NCBI RefSeq assembly: GCF_900086705.1
Contig: NZ_LT575483.1
Coordinates: forward strand, 2,405,442 to 2,429,441
Length of the DNA stretch: 24,000 nucleotides
Direction: 5' to 3'
Source of the DNA: Massilibacillus massiliensis
GTDB lineage: Bacteria > Bacillota > Negativicutes > FLKF01
A program made the translations under genes and the position numbers. This document shows, piece after piece, positions 1-8,944 of this stretch (the first letter of the stretch is position 1; every line of letters starts with the position of its first letter). A model generated the notes under the pieces. That model ran no database searches, was not told where the DNA came from, and saw nothing but the letters and a program-made list of their open reading frames with translations.

Positions 1-281
1 TGCCAATGCTGATCAATTCGATCAATCATTTTTTTATAAGAGGTATACCATTCGGCAAAGCTCATTTGCTCTTGAATGAAAAGCTGTTCTTTCTCTGGAG
101 TCATCGGTTCCGGTTTTTCAGGCAGTGAGGGTTTAAAAATAAAGGGAATGCTAAGAAGAATCAGACAAATAACAATTGGAAAAATCTGTTTTTTTCGCAC
201 GGCAAGAAAGATGATACAGCAAATACAAAGAATCAGTGAAACAAATAAAATTTTTAAAATTAAAGGTGTTAAGATAGCCAT
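1..281 (-). CDS. hypothetical membrane protein, N-terminal part only (gene runs off the left edge)
   Basis: The minus-strand frame is open to the window edge. The ATG is the complement of 279-281, preceded by GAAGGAG (complement of 288-294) at 6-nt spacing. Translation begins MAILTPLILKILFVSLILCICCIIFLAVRKKQIFPIVICLILLSIPFIF..., i.e. two hydrophobic helices followed by a polar domain. It is absent from the supplied ORF track because it is not closed. Confidence 0.5.
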   Translation of the reverse strand, partial: MAILTPLILKILFVSLILCICCIIFLAVRKKQIFPIVICLILLSIPFIFKPSLPEKPEPMTPEKEQLFIQEQMSFAEWYTSYKKMIDRIDQHW

Positions 282-391
282 AGAAATCTCCTTCATATAA
301 ACTATATCTACCTTCTACAAAGGCTTTGCCAGTTCCTGCTGATTATCTGTAGGTTTTAATCTTGATTTGTTGTAAAGTGTTTTTATGGTTA

Positions 392-420
392 TTGCAGTTG
401 CTTTTTTTTCAATATATACT
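392..420 (+). promoter_or_regulatory. putative sigma-A promoter for the ABC transporter gene
   Basis: TTGCAG (392-397), a 17-nt spacer, then TATACT (415-420), about 85 nt upstream of the ATG at 504. Confidence 0.35.
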
Positions 421-503
421 AAACGGTATATAGTTCATTTCATATAAACATAAAATGAAAGTTCTTTTTCAAAAGATAAAAATAATTTAGAAAGGAATGT
501 TTT

Positions 504-2204
504 ATGAATCAAAGTTTTTGTAAGGCAGTTTGGAGCCTATTTAAAGGGTATTGGAATTCAGATGAAAAGTGGAAAGCAAGGGGACTTCTTGGTACAGTTA
601 TTCTATTGAATTTTGCAGCGGTATATATTGTGGTATTAATCAATCAATGGTATAACACATTCTATAATGCATTGCAAAATTATGATCAAAATGCATTTTG
701 GTCTTTAAACGGGGAATTTGCAGTTCTGGCTTTTATTTATATCGCAATTGTAGTCTATGCAAGATATTTACAGCAAATGTTGCAAATTAAATGGCGGAAA
801 TGGATGACGAAGCGATATCTTGATGAATGGCTGAAGAATCAGACCTATTATAGGATGCAAATTTTAGAGGACAAAACAGATAATCCCGATCAACGAATTA
901 GTGAAGATATCAACCAATTTGTTTCTTTGACGCTTACGTTAACGCTTGGCTTCCTAAAACAGACTGCGATGCTTGGGGCTTTTATCGTTATATTATGGAA
1001 TTTATCTGGCGTTATTAGTCTTCCATTTGGTAATTATCAAGTAACAATCTATGGTTACATGGTTTGGTTTTCGATTCTATACGCAGGCGTAGGCACTTAT
1101 TTAACAGCGAAAATCGGAAATCCATTAGTGCGATTGAATTATGACCAACAACGATATGAAGCAGATTTTCGGTTTCATATGATACGGCTAAGAGAAAATA
1201 GTGAAAGTATTGCTTTTTACGGTGGCGAAACGCTAGAGAAAATAAAATTTTTGGATCGATTCAGACATGTTTTTAAAAACTATTGGTCCTTAATGAAATA
1301 CGAGAAACGTTTAACTTGGTTCACTTCGGGATATGGTCAATTGGCCATTATCTTCCCAATACTTTTGGCTGCACCTCGATATTTTGGTGGTGCGATTCAA
1401 TTGGGTGGCTTGATTCAGACATCTAGTGCATTTGGAAAAGTACAAGATGCGTTGTCTTTCTTTGTGGATAGCTATACGTCTATTGCACAGTGGCAGGCTG
1501 TAGTAAAACGTTTGCTTGGCTTTGTGAAACATATGGAAACGGTGGAAAACCTGGCAATTGAGACAACAATTGCACAAGCCAATGTGGATTGTTTGGCTGT
1601 ACAGAATTTAACAGTTGCATTACCTGGCGGTCAAGCATTATTGCAAAATGTGAATTTGCAAATTGCAGGTGGCGAAAAATTATTGATTACGGGTGCTTCC
1701 GGAGCCGGAAAGAGTACGCTTTTGCGGACAATTTCGGGTATTTGGCCATTTGGTAATGGAAGTATTGTCGTCCCGCAAGGACAGAAAAGATTGTTTTTAC
1801 CGCAGCGACCTTATTTACCTTTAGGAAGTTTGAAGGAGGTACTTTTATATCCGAGTGAAATGTCAGATCTTGCGCATGCACAGGTTGAGGAAGTAATGCG
1901 GCAATGTCAGTTAGCAGAATTTATCTCTAGCTTAGAAAGTATAGAAGACTGGTCAAAAATTTTATCTCTTGGTGAACAGCAGAGGATTGCTTTTGCCAGA
2001 GTGCTGTTAATAAAACCTCAGTGGGTATTTTTAGACGAAGCAACTTCAGCGTTGGATGAACCTACGGAAAAAATTATGTATGAATTATTACTAAAGCATT
2101 TACCGAATACTTCGGTCATTAGTATCGGACACAGAAACACGCTTGTAAAATACCATCAAAAGAGATTGCATTTAATTGGCAATGGTGGTTGGGTCATAGA
2201 ATAG
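504..2204 (+). CDS. fused ABC transporter permease/ATP-binding protein, YddA / ABCD (SbmA-BacA-like membrane domain) family
   Basis: 566 aa with an N-terminal multi-TM domain and a C-terminal NBD. NBD motifs are Walker A GASGAGKST, signature LSLGEQQRIAFARVLL and Walker B VFLDEATSALD. Size and layout match E. coli YddA-type half transporters. SD AAAGGAA lies upstream. Confidence 0.9.
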   Translation: MNQSFCKAVWSLFKGYWNSDEKWKARGLLGTVILLNFAAVYIVVLINQWYNTFYNALQNYDQNAFWSLNGEFAVLAFIYIAIVVYARYLQQMLQIKWRKWMTKRYLDEWLKNQTYYRMQILEDKTDNPDQRISEDINQFVSLTLTLTLGFLKQTAMLGAFIVILWNLSGVISLPFGNYQVTIYGYMVWFSILYAGVGTYLTAKIGNPLVRLNYDQQRYEADFRFHMIRLRENSESIAFYGGETLEKIKFLDRFRHVFKNYWSLMKYEKRLTWFTSGYGQLAIIFPILLAAPRYFGGAIQLGGLIQTSSAFGKVQDALSFFVDSYTSIAQWQAVVKRLLGFVKHMETVENLAIETTIAQANVDCLAVQNLTVALPGGQALLQNVNLQIAGGEKLLITGASGAGKSTLLRTISGIWPFGNGSIVVPQGQKRLFLPQRPYLPLGSLKEVLLYPSEMSDLAHAQVEEVMRQCQLAEFISSLESIEDWSKILSLGEQQRIAFARVLLIKPQWVFLDEATSALDEPTEKIMYELLLKHLPNTSVISIGHRNTLVKYHQKRLHLIGNGGWVIE

Positions 2205-2215
2205 ACAAGTTATTT

Positions 2216-2268
2216 AAAAAGAGCCTTTATGTTCACTTAAAACGATGAACATAAAGGCTCTTTTATTT
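2216..2268. terminator. bidirectional intrinsic terminator between convergent genes
   Basis: Perfect 15-bp stem, GAGCCTTTATGTTCA (2221-2235) with TGAACATAAAGGCTC (2246-2260), and a 10-nt loop. An A-run sits upstream (2216-2220) and TTTTATTT downstream (2261-2268). Confidence 0.85.
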
Positions 2269-3289
2269 AATAAACGATAGAGAGTGTTTTGCCTGTTTTA
2301 TAAGCTTCTGTGGTTCTAAAAGCGATTTGTGTTGATTTTGTTCCGTCATATACGGTGACATCCGGCTGCTCTTTTTTCTGTATACAATCGATGAAGTTTT
2401 GTATTTCAAGACGATATGCTTCAGCAAATCTTTCAGGAAATCCGCTTACGCATTCGGTTACAGCGCCATGCTCATTATAGATCATACAGAGATTTTTTTC
2501 AGGAACGGAACTGATACGCAGGCTGCCTTCCGTACCGATAATTTCTGTTTCAACATGGTATCCATGCGGTGCGGTTCGTCCTACATGGATGAAGGCAAGA
2601 GACCCATTCTCGCATTTATACATAGCAACCCCGGTTTCATCATCACCGACAGTTTGGAATTCTTTATGCTTGAAAGTGGCGCCGGCAGAGTGGACTTCTA
2701 TTGGATCAGAATCTAGGAACCAGCGAATGAGATCTATATCGTGAATTGCCATATCGATGAATATACCGCCAGAGGTTGCCGCAAATTTAATAGCACCTTG
2801 TACTAAAGCTTCAGGGTCTATACCTGTAGCTTTTACCATATAAGGTTTGCCGATAGCCCCTTGCTTGATTTTTTCTTTGGCATAGGCATAGGAAGGATCA
2901 AATCTTCGCATAAATCCGAGGAAAAAGGTAAGTTCAGGATGACGCTCTACTGCTTTTTCCGCCATTTTACATTCTGCGACGGTTATACCGAGCGGTTTAT
3001 CACTAAAGACGTGTTTTCCAGCATCTAAGGCGGCTTCTATTTGCCAGCAATGTTGATCACTCGTTGTCACAATGGCAACGGCTTCAATATCAGCATCGCG
3101 CAGCATTTCACGAAAATCGGTGTAGACTTTTTCCACACCCAGTTCTTTTTTTGCATAGTCTAATTCGGCGGGAACGATAGAGCAAGCGGCTGTAAGTGTC
3201 GCGTTTGGAATTTTAAACGCAAGATTTTTCGCATGTTCTTTCCCTAATCTACCCAATCCTGCGATGCCGATTTTAATTTTGTTCATCAT
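2267..3289 (-). CDS. Gfo/Idh/MocA family NAD-dependent oxidoreductase, inositol 2-dehydrogenase-like
   Basis: 340 aa with an N-terminal Rossmann motif IGIAGLGRLGKEH and the typical Gfo/Idh/MocA C-terminal domain. Its start overlaps the stop of the upstream transporter gene (ATGA overlap at 3286-3289), so the two are likely co-transcribed and translationally coupled. Confidence 0.85.
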   Translation of the reverse strand: MMNKIKIGIAGLGRLGKEHAKNLAFKIPNATLTAACSIVPAELDYAKKELGVEKVYTDFREMLRDADIEAVAIVTTSDQHCWQIEAALDAGKHVFSDKPLGITVAECKMAEKAVERHPELTFFLGFMRRFDPSYAYAKEKIKQGAIGKPYMVKATGIDPEALVQGAIKFAATSGGIFIDMAIHDIDLIRWFLDSDPIEVHSAGATFKHKEFQTVGDDETGVAMYKCENGSLAFIHVGRTAPHGYHVETEIIGTEGSLRISSVPEKNLCMIYNEHGAVTECVSGFPERFAEAYRLEIQNFIDCIQKKEQPDVTVYDGTKSTQIAFRTTEAYKTGKTLSIVY

Positions 3290-4707
3290 AAAAATTCTCC
3301 TCGTTGTTGTATTGATTTTATGGATTTTTTTCCATAAGTATGCATAAAGAAGTCTTCGAGTTCTTCAAGAGTGTGTCCTTTGGTCTCTGGTAGATATTTC
3401 ACAACGAACCATATAGATAAAATGCTCATGAATGCAAAGGTGAAAAATGTATTGGATAATCCGATCGATTCAAGCAAAATCGGAAAAGTCAAACCTACAC
3501 AGAAATTTGCAATCCATAATACGCAAACGGCAATTCCCATACCCAAGCCACGTAGTCGTAATGGAAAAATCTCTGAAATGATTAACCAGTTTACCGGTCC
3601 GATCAGACCCTGGAAAAAGGCAAGATAAATTACGATTAATCCTAAAATAATATAAGGGAAATACGTGAGATGCTGCAGAAGGTTGGAAGCAATCCCGATC
3701 AACGAAAGTGTTACTGTCACACCGATTAGCCCGGTGATGATCATCGGCCGCCGTCCGACACGATCCATCATGCGAATACCGCAGCACATGGCAATTAGGG
3801 AAATCAGACCATTGGCGATATTACCGATTAAGGCGGATTCTGTGCTTAAGCCAGAGGTCTTAAGAATCTCTGTGCCGTAATACATAATAGAATTTATGCC
3901 TGTAAATTGATTGATTAAGGCCATGCCCACGCCTAGTCCGACCAAAGATCTGACCCAAGATATGCCCAGATCTTTGACTGTCATTTGTGAGACTGCGGCA
4001 CACTTTTCTATACTTTTTTGTATTTGCGCTACTTCGGATTTAACTTCTTTGGGCGGGCGGATTTTTTCTAAGACGGCAATCCCTTCTGTAATACGATTTT
4101 TACTAATTAGCCATCTTGGGCTTTCCGGCATTTTCAGCATACCGATGCCTAAAACGATTGCCGGAAGAGCGGCTAAAGCGAGCATATAACGCCAAATACC
4201 TTCGTTTTCACCCCATGTAATACCGATGAAAGCATTGCAGGAGAATGCTAAAAGCTGCCCTGAAACAATCATCAATTCATTTTTTGTTACAACCTTACCG
4301 CGACGCTGAAACGGAGCGATTTCGGCTAAGTATGTTGGGACATTGACAGAGGCACCACCGACTGCCAAGCCAAGCATGAATCGGGAAATTACCATAACTG
4401 GAACATTAGGAGATAACGCACAAGCAATTGTTGAAATGAAAAATAGCAATGAAAGTAAAATTAAGGTTTTTTGCCTGCCGTAGATGTCTGTGATTTTTCC
4501 AATCGTGATTGCGCCTATTGCGGCACCTAATTGCAATATAGCGACGACCAGACCTTGCGTATAGGCGTTTAAATTTAATTGATCGGGCATTGACATGTAA
4601 GGTAAAGCTCCATTTACTACACCGGTATCATAACCAAACAATAAACCGCCAAAGGTAGAAATAAGTATGATAAGTGATAGATTTTTATTTGGACTTTTAC
4701 TTTCCAT
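3286..4707 (-). CDS. iolT: MFS sugar porter, myo-inositol transporter IolT-like
   Basis: 473 aa, the same length as B. subtilis IolT as I recall it, with long collinear similarity. Shared blocks include STFGGLLFGYDTGVVNGALPYM, PESPRWL, GINSIMYYGTEIL, EIFPLRLRG and PETKG. SD GGAGGA lies upstream of the ATG. Confidence 0.9.
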   Translation of the reverse strand: MESKSPNKNLSLIILISTFGGLLFGYDTGVVNGALPYMSMPDQLNLNAYTQGLVVAILQLGAAIGAITIGKITDIYGRQKTLILLSLLFFISTIACALSPNVPVMVISRFMLGLAVGGASVNVPTYLAEIAPFQRRGKVVTKNELMIVSGQLLAFSCNAFIGITWGENEGIWRYMLALAALPAIVLGIGMLKMPESPRWLISKNRITEGIAVLEKIRPPKEVKSEVAQIQKSIEKCAAVSQMTVKDLGISWVRSLVGLGVGMALINQFTGINSIMYYGTEILKTSGLSTESALIGNIANGLISLIAMCCGIRMMDRVGRRPMIITGLIGVTVTLSLIGIASNLLQHLTYFPYIILGLIVIYLAFFQGLIGPVNWLIISEIFPLRLRGLGMGIAVCVLWIANFCVGLTFPILLESIGLSNTFFTFAFMSILSIWFVVKYLPETKGHTLEELEDFFMHTYGKKSIKSIQQRGEFL

Positions 4708-4742
4708 TATAATCCTCCAAAGTATTTATTTGCGTTATTGAT

Positions 4743-4794
4743 TTATCAGAACGTTCTGTATATTAATAATAATCATACTATACAGAATTGTCAT
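4743..4794 (-). promoter_or_regulatory. putative promoter of the iolT-like operon with embedded palindromic operator half-sites
   Basis: On the minus strand: -35 ATGACA (complement of 4789-4794), a 17-nt spacer, then -10 TATTAT (complement of 4766-4771). A perfect 12-bp palindrome CAGAACGTTCTG (4747-4758) sits at about +1. A 9-bp inverted repeat, TTCTGTATA (4754-4762) with TATACAGAA (4779-4787), brackets the -10. Confidence 0.45.
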
Positions 4795-4974
4795 TACAGT
4801 AAATTGCCCAGATATTTACATGATTTGCTCATTTTAATTATATTTTGGTTTTGTTTTGAGTATGTATTGATTCTTTAATAGTTGATTAATTTTGGTTTTA
4901 TGAGTATATTTACTTTAGGTGCGAATATAAAAAATCATATTTCAATAGAAAATACGATGGAATTGGGGGACGCT

Positions 4975-5829
4975 ATGCAAAAAGAGGAAAAGGGCGTAAT
5001 TGGGAAAGAGGGGATATATTTTTACTCTGCGAGTGTATTTGCAAGAGAACATCTTTTTTATATTTTGTGGGGTGCTGCGTATCGCTTGGATGCGCCTTAT
5101 CGTGTGAAACGAAGCTATATGGATGCCTATATGCTGCAGTTTGTTACGAGCGGTGAAGTACATTTTGAATTGCGTGGACAACATTTTGTGGCAAAAGAAA
5201 ATGAATTTGTTCTTTTTGATTGTCATGAACCCAATCATTATTGGGCGGAGATTCCTGCAACTGTAAAATGGTTTCATTTTAATGGGAATGCAATCAAGCC
5301 ACTTTTGGAATATATTTATGAAATGAATGGAAATGGTCATTTCTCAAATCGTAAAGCGCTTAAGATCGATAAGTATGTAAATGAAATTTTAGAAAGCATA
5401 AAAAAAGAAGATGAAAATGAAATGGTTCTTTCAAAAAATTTGTACAATATTTTATGTGAAGCAGCGGCACCGACGCTGGAAAGATTCTCAGTTTCAGCAA
5501 GAAATAAGATTGCAATTGATGCGGCTATTCATTTTATGCAAGAAAATTTTCAGCGGCAAATCATGATTTGTGATGTTGCAGAACACGTAAATTTTAGTCT
5601 GTTTTATTTTACTAGATTATTCAAAAAGGCAATGCTTATATCTCCGCATTTATATTTGCTCAACATACGTTTGGCGCATGCGAAAAAACTTTTATGCGAG
5701 ACCTCGGACAGCGTTGAAAGTATTGCTGGGAAAAGCGGCTTCCAAAGTGCATCCTACTTTATTCGTGCCTTTAAAAAAGCTGTAAATTTGACCCCTAATA
5801 ATTTTCGTAGCATTTTCTCTGATTTATAG
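4975..5829 (+). CDS. AraC family transcriptional regulator (cupin-type sensor domain plus C-terminal HTH)
   Basis: The C-terminal AraC-type double HTH includes FSLFYFTRLFKK and SGFQSASYFIRAFKK. It is divergent from the transporter/dehydrogenase operon. I chose the ATG at 4975 because GGGGG (4965-4969) lies 5 nt upstream. The ATG at 4957 and TTG at 4882 are in frame but lack an SD. Confidence 0.85.
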   Translation: MQKEEKGVIGKEGIYFYSASVFAREHLFYILWGAAYRLDAPYRVKRSYMDAYMLQFVTSGEVHFELRGQHFVAKENEFVLFDCHEPNHYWAEIPATVKWFHFNGNAIKPLLEYIYEMNGNGHFSNRKALKIDKYVNEILESIKKEDENEMVLSKNLYNILCEAAAPTLERFSVSARNKIAIDAAIHFMQENFQRQIMICDVAEHVNFSLFYFTRLFKKAMLISPHLYLLNIRLAHAKKLLCETSDSVESIAGKSGFQSASYFIRAFKKAVNLTPNNFRSIFSDL

Positions 5830-5981
5830 AGAAAAATAAAATGAGTTTAGGTGCATCGCTCTATGAAAATGTGATTTTTTGATGATGGAAGTATCTATAG
5901 GTTGATTGCAAAAATAAGGTGCTTGGATATTTTATTCATTTGGGATAGAATAGAAGTTAAGGGTTGTAATGGAGGTGTAGC

Positions 5982-6509
5982 ATGCAAACGTATAGCAGCA
6001 AAGCAGAGTTAATTACAGCAGTCAAGACGGCATATATGCTTTTTGATAAAGAATTTGATGGAGTTTCTGAAGCGCAGAAGGCGTTGCGTTTTCAGGGGGT
6101 GGATAAGACGCCGCAAGAAATGCTCGCCTATCAGCTGGGTTGGCTGAACCTCGTGATGGGGTGGGAAGACGATGAGTTGAACGGAAGAGAAGTTGTTACG
6201 CCATCTCTGGGGTATAAGTGGAATCAGTTAGGTCAGCTTTATCAATCTTTTTATACGGCGTATCGCGATTATACATTACAGGCATTACGCAGTGCGTTAA
6301 AAAAAAGTGTTGACGCATGGTGTGCGTGGATAGAACAGTTAAGTGATGAGGAATTGTTTATAGCTGGCACGCGCAAATGGACGGTTACAAGTGCGAACTG
6401 GCCAATGTGGAAGTGGATTCATATAAATTCTGCTGCACCATTTAAAAATTTTCGTCCTAAAATTAGAAAATGGAAGAAGCTTGTTTTTGAGAAGACGTTA
6501 AATTCGTAA
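5982..6509 (+). CDS. ClbS/DfsB family four-helix-bundle protein (DUF1706)
   Basis: 175 aa, collinear with ClbS as I recall it. Shared blocks are N-terminal SKAELI, YQLGWLNLVMGWEDDE, GYKWNQLGQLYQSFY, SDEEL and C-terminal NSAAPFKNFRPKIRKWKK. SD GGAGGTG lies 5 nt upstream. Confidence 0.8.
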   Translation: MQTYSSKAELITAVKTAYMLFDKEFDGVSEAQKALRFQGVDKTPQEMLAYQLGWLNLVMGWEDDELNGREVVTPSLGYKWNQLGQLYQSFYTAYRDYTLQALRSALKKSVDAWCAWIEQLSDEELFIAGTRKWTVTSANWPMWKWIHINSAAPFKNFRPKIRKWKKLVFEKTLNS

Positions 6510-6547
6510 GTGCGGACATTACATAGAAGAGAAAAGGGGAGAATCAT

Positions 6548-7015
6548 TTGTTTATAGAAATGCGGCACAAGAGAAAACTTATGTCTGGAGAAGAGGTAAA
6601 ACGCGTTTTAGCAGATGCCGAATTTGGCACACTTGCTTGTATCAGTGAAAATGGATATCCATATGCGGTGCCATTAAATTTCATTTATGAAAACGAGGGT
6701 ATTTATTTTCATTCAGCGCATAAAGGACACAAGATAAATAACATTAAGCAGAATAGAAAAGTCAGTTTTTCCGCAGTAAGTTATGTTCAACTTTTACCTG
6801 ATAAATTTGATACTGAATACGATAGTGTTATTGTATTTGGGTTGGTGGAAGAAGTTACGGAAGACTTTGAAAAGAAGGAAGCTTTGAAGGGGTTAATAAA
6901 GAAGTATTCGGATGGATTTTTGGAAAAAGGGATGGCGTATATTGATAAAAGCATGCATACAGCTGCTGTTTATAAGATACAAATCGAGCATATGACAGGA
7001 AAACGGGGAAGATAG
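6548..7015 (+). CDS. pyridoxamine 5'-phosphate oxidase family protein, Nim (5-nitroimidazole reductase)-like
   Basis: 155 aa with [56 protein letters not shown], the typical opening of the Pyridox_ox_2/Nim split-barrel family. The TTG start at 6548 has AAGGGGAG 6 nt upstream. The in-frame ATG at 6560 is the alternative. Confidence 0.8.
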   Translation: MFIEMRHKRKLMSGEEVKRVLADAEFGTLACISENGYPYAVPLNFIYENEGIYFHSAHKGHKINNIKQNRKVSFSAVSYVQLLPDKFDTEYDSVIVFGLVEEVTEDFEKKEALKGLIKKYSDGFLEKGMAYIDKSMHTAAVYKIQIEHMTGKRGR

Positions 7016-7091
7016 AGCTTTTGTATACGCAAGAAATTTAACAAACCACTACAGTTGTAGTAAAATAATTGATAATGATTGGGAGGTTGTA

Positions 7092-7418
7092 ATGGAATTT
7101 TTAAAATCTATCGGTTATTTTATTCTTGCTGGTCTGTTTGAAATCGGCGGAGGTTATTTAATTTGGTTATGGATGCGTGAAGGAAAAAGTGTGTATTATG
7201 CGATGGTTGGTGCGGTGATTTTAGTGTTATATGGAATCATACCGACTTTACAGCCTGCAAACTTTGGCCGCGTATATGCTGCATATGGTGGAATCTTTAT
7301 TGTTTTATCCATTTTATGGGGGTGGGGTGTGGACAAAGTTATGCCCGATCGCTTCGATATGATAGGTGGAATCATATCCTTGGTAGGGGTTCTCATCATC
7401 ATGTATTGGCCTAGATAA
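7092..7418 (+). CDS. ynfA: YnfA family (UPF0060) small 4-TM membrane protein
   Basis: 108 aa, the same length as E. coli YnfA. Conserved motifs are [12 protein letters not shown] and [17 protein letters not shown] lies upstream. Confidence 0.85.
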   Translation: MEFLKSIGYFILAGLFEIGGGYLIWLWMREGKSVYYAMVGAVILVLYGIIPTLQPANFGRVYAAYGGIFIVLSILWGWGVDKVMPDRFDMIGGIISLVGVLIIMYWPR

Positions 7419-7515
7419 TAGTTCAATACTTGTATGAGCATAAAATTAGACCGAGTTTTCGATGAAGCCCCTTGGGTAGGTTTAATATTCATTAATTTCT
7501 TGGAAAGGAGAGGAT

Positions 7516-8643
7516 ATGATGCAGTTAGATATACAAGTCCCTACGCAAGTTTATGACTTTATGATGCATATTTCAGAGCAGATTTCTATATATGATTTAA
7601 TTGTAGGGATGACGATATTCTTTGTTTTTTGGATATTTAAAAACTTATTTACAAATTATATTTTTCACTTCTTTCTAAAACTTTTTTGCGGGGATGAGGA
7701 GAATCAGGTTTCTTTTTTAGTTGTTTTGCATAACCCCATGAAAAATTTGATTGTTTTTACTGGCATCTATTTAGCTTTACAAAATTGTTTGCCGATTACA
7801 TTTGATCTTTTACTTGTTAAGTTTTTTAGAACAGGGATCATTATTTTATTTTCAAATGCGTTATATGGCTTGATTGGGTATTATGCGGAAAATTATATGG
7901 AAATAAAATGGATTTCATGTTATGAAATGGATAAGATTCTGGTCCCTTTTCTTTCAAAAATAGCAAAGGTTATTGTGTTATCATTGGCTTTTGTCGCGGT
8001 GGCCAGTACTTGGGGATATGATGTAAATGGATTTATTGCAGGTTTAGGATTAGGTGGATTGGCGTTTGCTTTAGCGGCAAAGGATTTGCTTGCTAATATT
8101 TTTTCTGGGATTGTTATCATAATAGATAAGCCCTTTAGTATCGGAGATTGGGTAAAAACAAGTGAAATTGAAGGTACGATTGAAGATATTAATTTTAGAA
8201 GTACGAAGATAAGAACTTTTGATCAAGCTTTGGTTACGGTGCCAAATGCGAATTTGGTCAATTCACCTATTATTAACTATACGAATCGGTCGGTACGCAG
8301 AATTACGTTTCGACTAAAGGTGCGCTATGATACACCTGGGCGCAATTTAAAAGAGTGTGTGAAAAATATAGAAAAGTTTCTTTATATGCATCCACAGGTT
8401 GATAAAAAAACGATTTTTGTCAAGTTTGATTCTTTTGGAGAGTGTGGTCTGGAATTATTTTTGTATTTTTTTACGAATACGATTGTATGGGAAGAGTATT
8501 TAGAAATTAAGCAGGAAATTAATTTTAAAATTATGGATATTATACAGAATGCAGGGATTTCATTTGCTTTGCCTAGTACTAGCATTTATATTGAGAAATC
8601 CAGTGGGAAATTGAAGAATGAAAAGGAATCTGCATCCTGGTAA
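7516..8643 (+). CDS. mechanosensitive ion channel family protein (MscS-like)
   Basis: 375 aa with N-terminal TM helices followed by the MscS pore and beta domain: LAAKDLLANIFSGIVIIIDKPFSIGDWV....EGTIEDINFRSTKIRTFDQALVTVPN. A strong SD GGAAAGGAGAGG precedes it. Confidence 0.9.
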   Translation: MMQLDIQVPTQVYDFMMHISEQISIYDLIVGMTIFFVFWIFKNLFTNYIFHFFLKLFCGDEENQVSFLVVLHNPMKNLIVFTGIYLALQNCLPITFDLLLVKFFRTGIIILFSNALYGLIGYYAENYMEIKWISCYEMDKILVPFLSKIAKVIVLSLAFVAVASTWGYDVNGFIAGLGLGGLAFALAAKDLLANIFSGIVIIIDKPFSIGDWVKTSEIEGTIEDINFRSTKIRTFDQALVTVPNANLVNSPIINYTNRSVRRITFRLKVRYDTPGRNLKECVKNIEKFLYMHPQVDKKTIFVKFDSFGECGLELFLYFFTNTIVWEEYLEIKQEINFKIMDIIQNAGISFALPSTSIYIEKSSGKLKNEKESASW

Positions 8644-8693
8644 AGTATAAATTGGACGTTGAAAATACTGAAAAGAAATGTATTGTAATTTAA

Positions 8694-8730
8694 AATGAGG
8701 ATGTTGCATGATTGCAACATCCTCATTTGT
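8694..8730 (+). terminator. intrinsic terminator after the MscS gene
   Basis: 15-bp perfect stem, AATGAGGATGTTGCA (8694-8708) with TGCAACATCCTCATT (8713-8727), and loop TGAT. The T-tract is weak (TTTGT). Confidence 0.6.
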
Positions 8731-8839
8731 AAATCAATTCTCGGACGAACGGCAGTGATAAATGTTATAGAAAGGCACTGCTTGCTTAGTAGGCTTATAT
8801 TTGAAAAAATTTGCGCATGGGATAAAAGCAAGTTAAGTA

Positions 8840-8869
8840 TTGACACAAAGGGGTATCGGAATTTATAAT
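8840..8869 (+). promoter_or_regulatory. near-consensus sigma-A promoter of the MFS efflux gene
   Basis: TTGACA (8840-8845), an 18-nt spacer, then TATAAT (8864-8869). Confidence 0.65.
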
Positions 8870-8880
8870 TGAGGCGTGAC

Positions 8881-8944
8881 GGAGGGTATACTCGTGTGTG
8901 CTGGATAAGTTATCAACAGAAGTTGATTGCTTATCTTTTTTTTT
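8881..8944 (+). promoter_or_regulatory. leader attenuator candidate: SD plus 4-codon micro-ORF overlapping an intrinsic terminator
   Basis: GGAGGG (8881-8886) lies 7 nt before GTG TGT GCT GGA TAA (8894-8908). The terminator stem pairs GATAAGTTATCAAC (8904-8917) with GTTGATTGCTTATC (8922-8935), giving 12 WC pairs, 1 GU and 1 mismatch, with loop AGAA. It is followed by T9 (8936-8944). All of this sits between the promoter and the MFS start codon. Confidence 0.5.

Noticed and set aside
76-300. 74-aa plus-strand ORF at the left edge
   Set aside because: It has no SD and a low-complexity, basic translation. It lies antisense to a better-supported minus-strand membrane-protein ORF, which has a GAAGGAG SD and an ATG at 281.
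301-503. Possible cobalamin or other riboswitch upstream of the YddA/BacA-like ABC transporter
   Set aside because: I found no B12-box-like (GCCACTG) or other conserved riboswitch core. Only a weak AT-rich hairpin is present.
3371-4189. Several 70-105-aa ORFs on both strands inside the iolT-like gene
   Set aside because: They are shadow ORFs within a confidently identified 473-aa transporter gene. They lack SDs, and their translations are Arg/Ser/Pro-rich.
4747-4758. Palindrome CAGAACGTTCTG as a catabolite-responsive element (cre)
   Set aside because: The central CG is present, but the flanking TG...CA positions of the cre consensus (TGWNANCGNTNWCA) are not matched (C/G swapped at positions 2 and 13). 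I kept it as a generic operator candidate instead.
8586-8846. 86-aa minus-strand ORF in the MscS-MFS intergenic region
   Set aside because: It overlaps the MscS 3' end, the terminator hairpin and the MFS promoter. It has no SD, and its composition is AT-rich and low in complexity.
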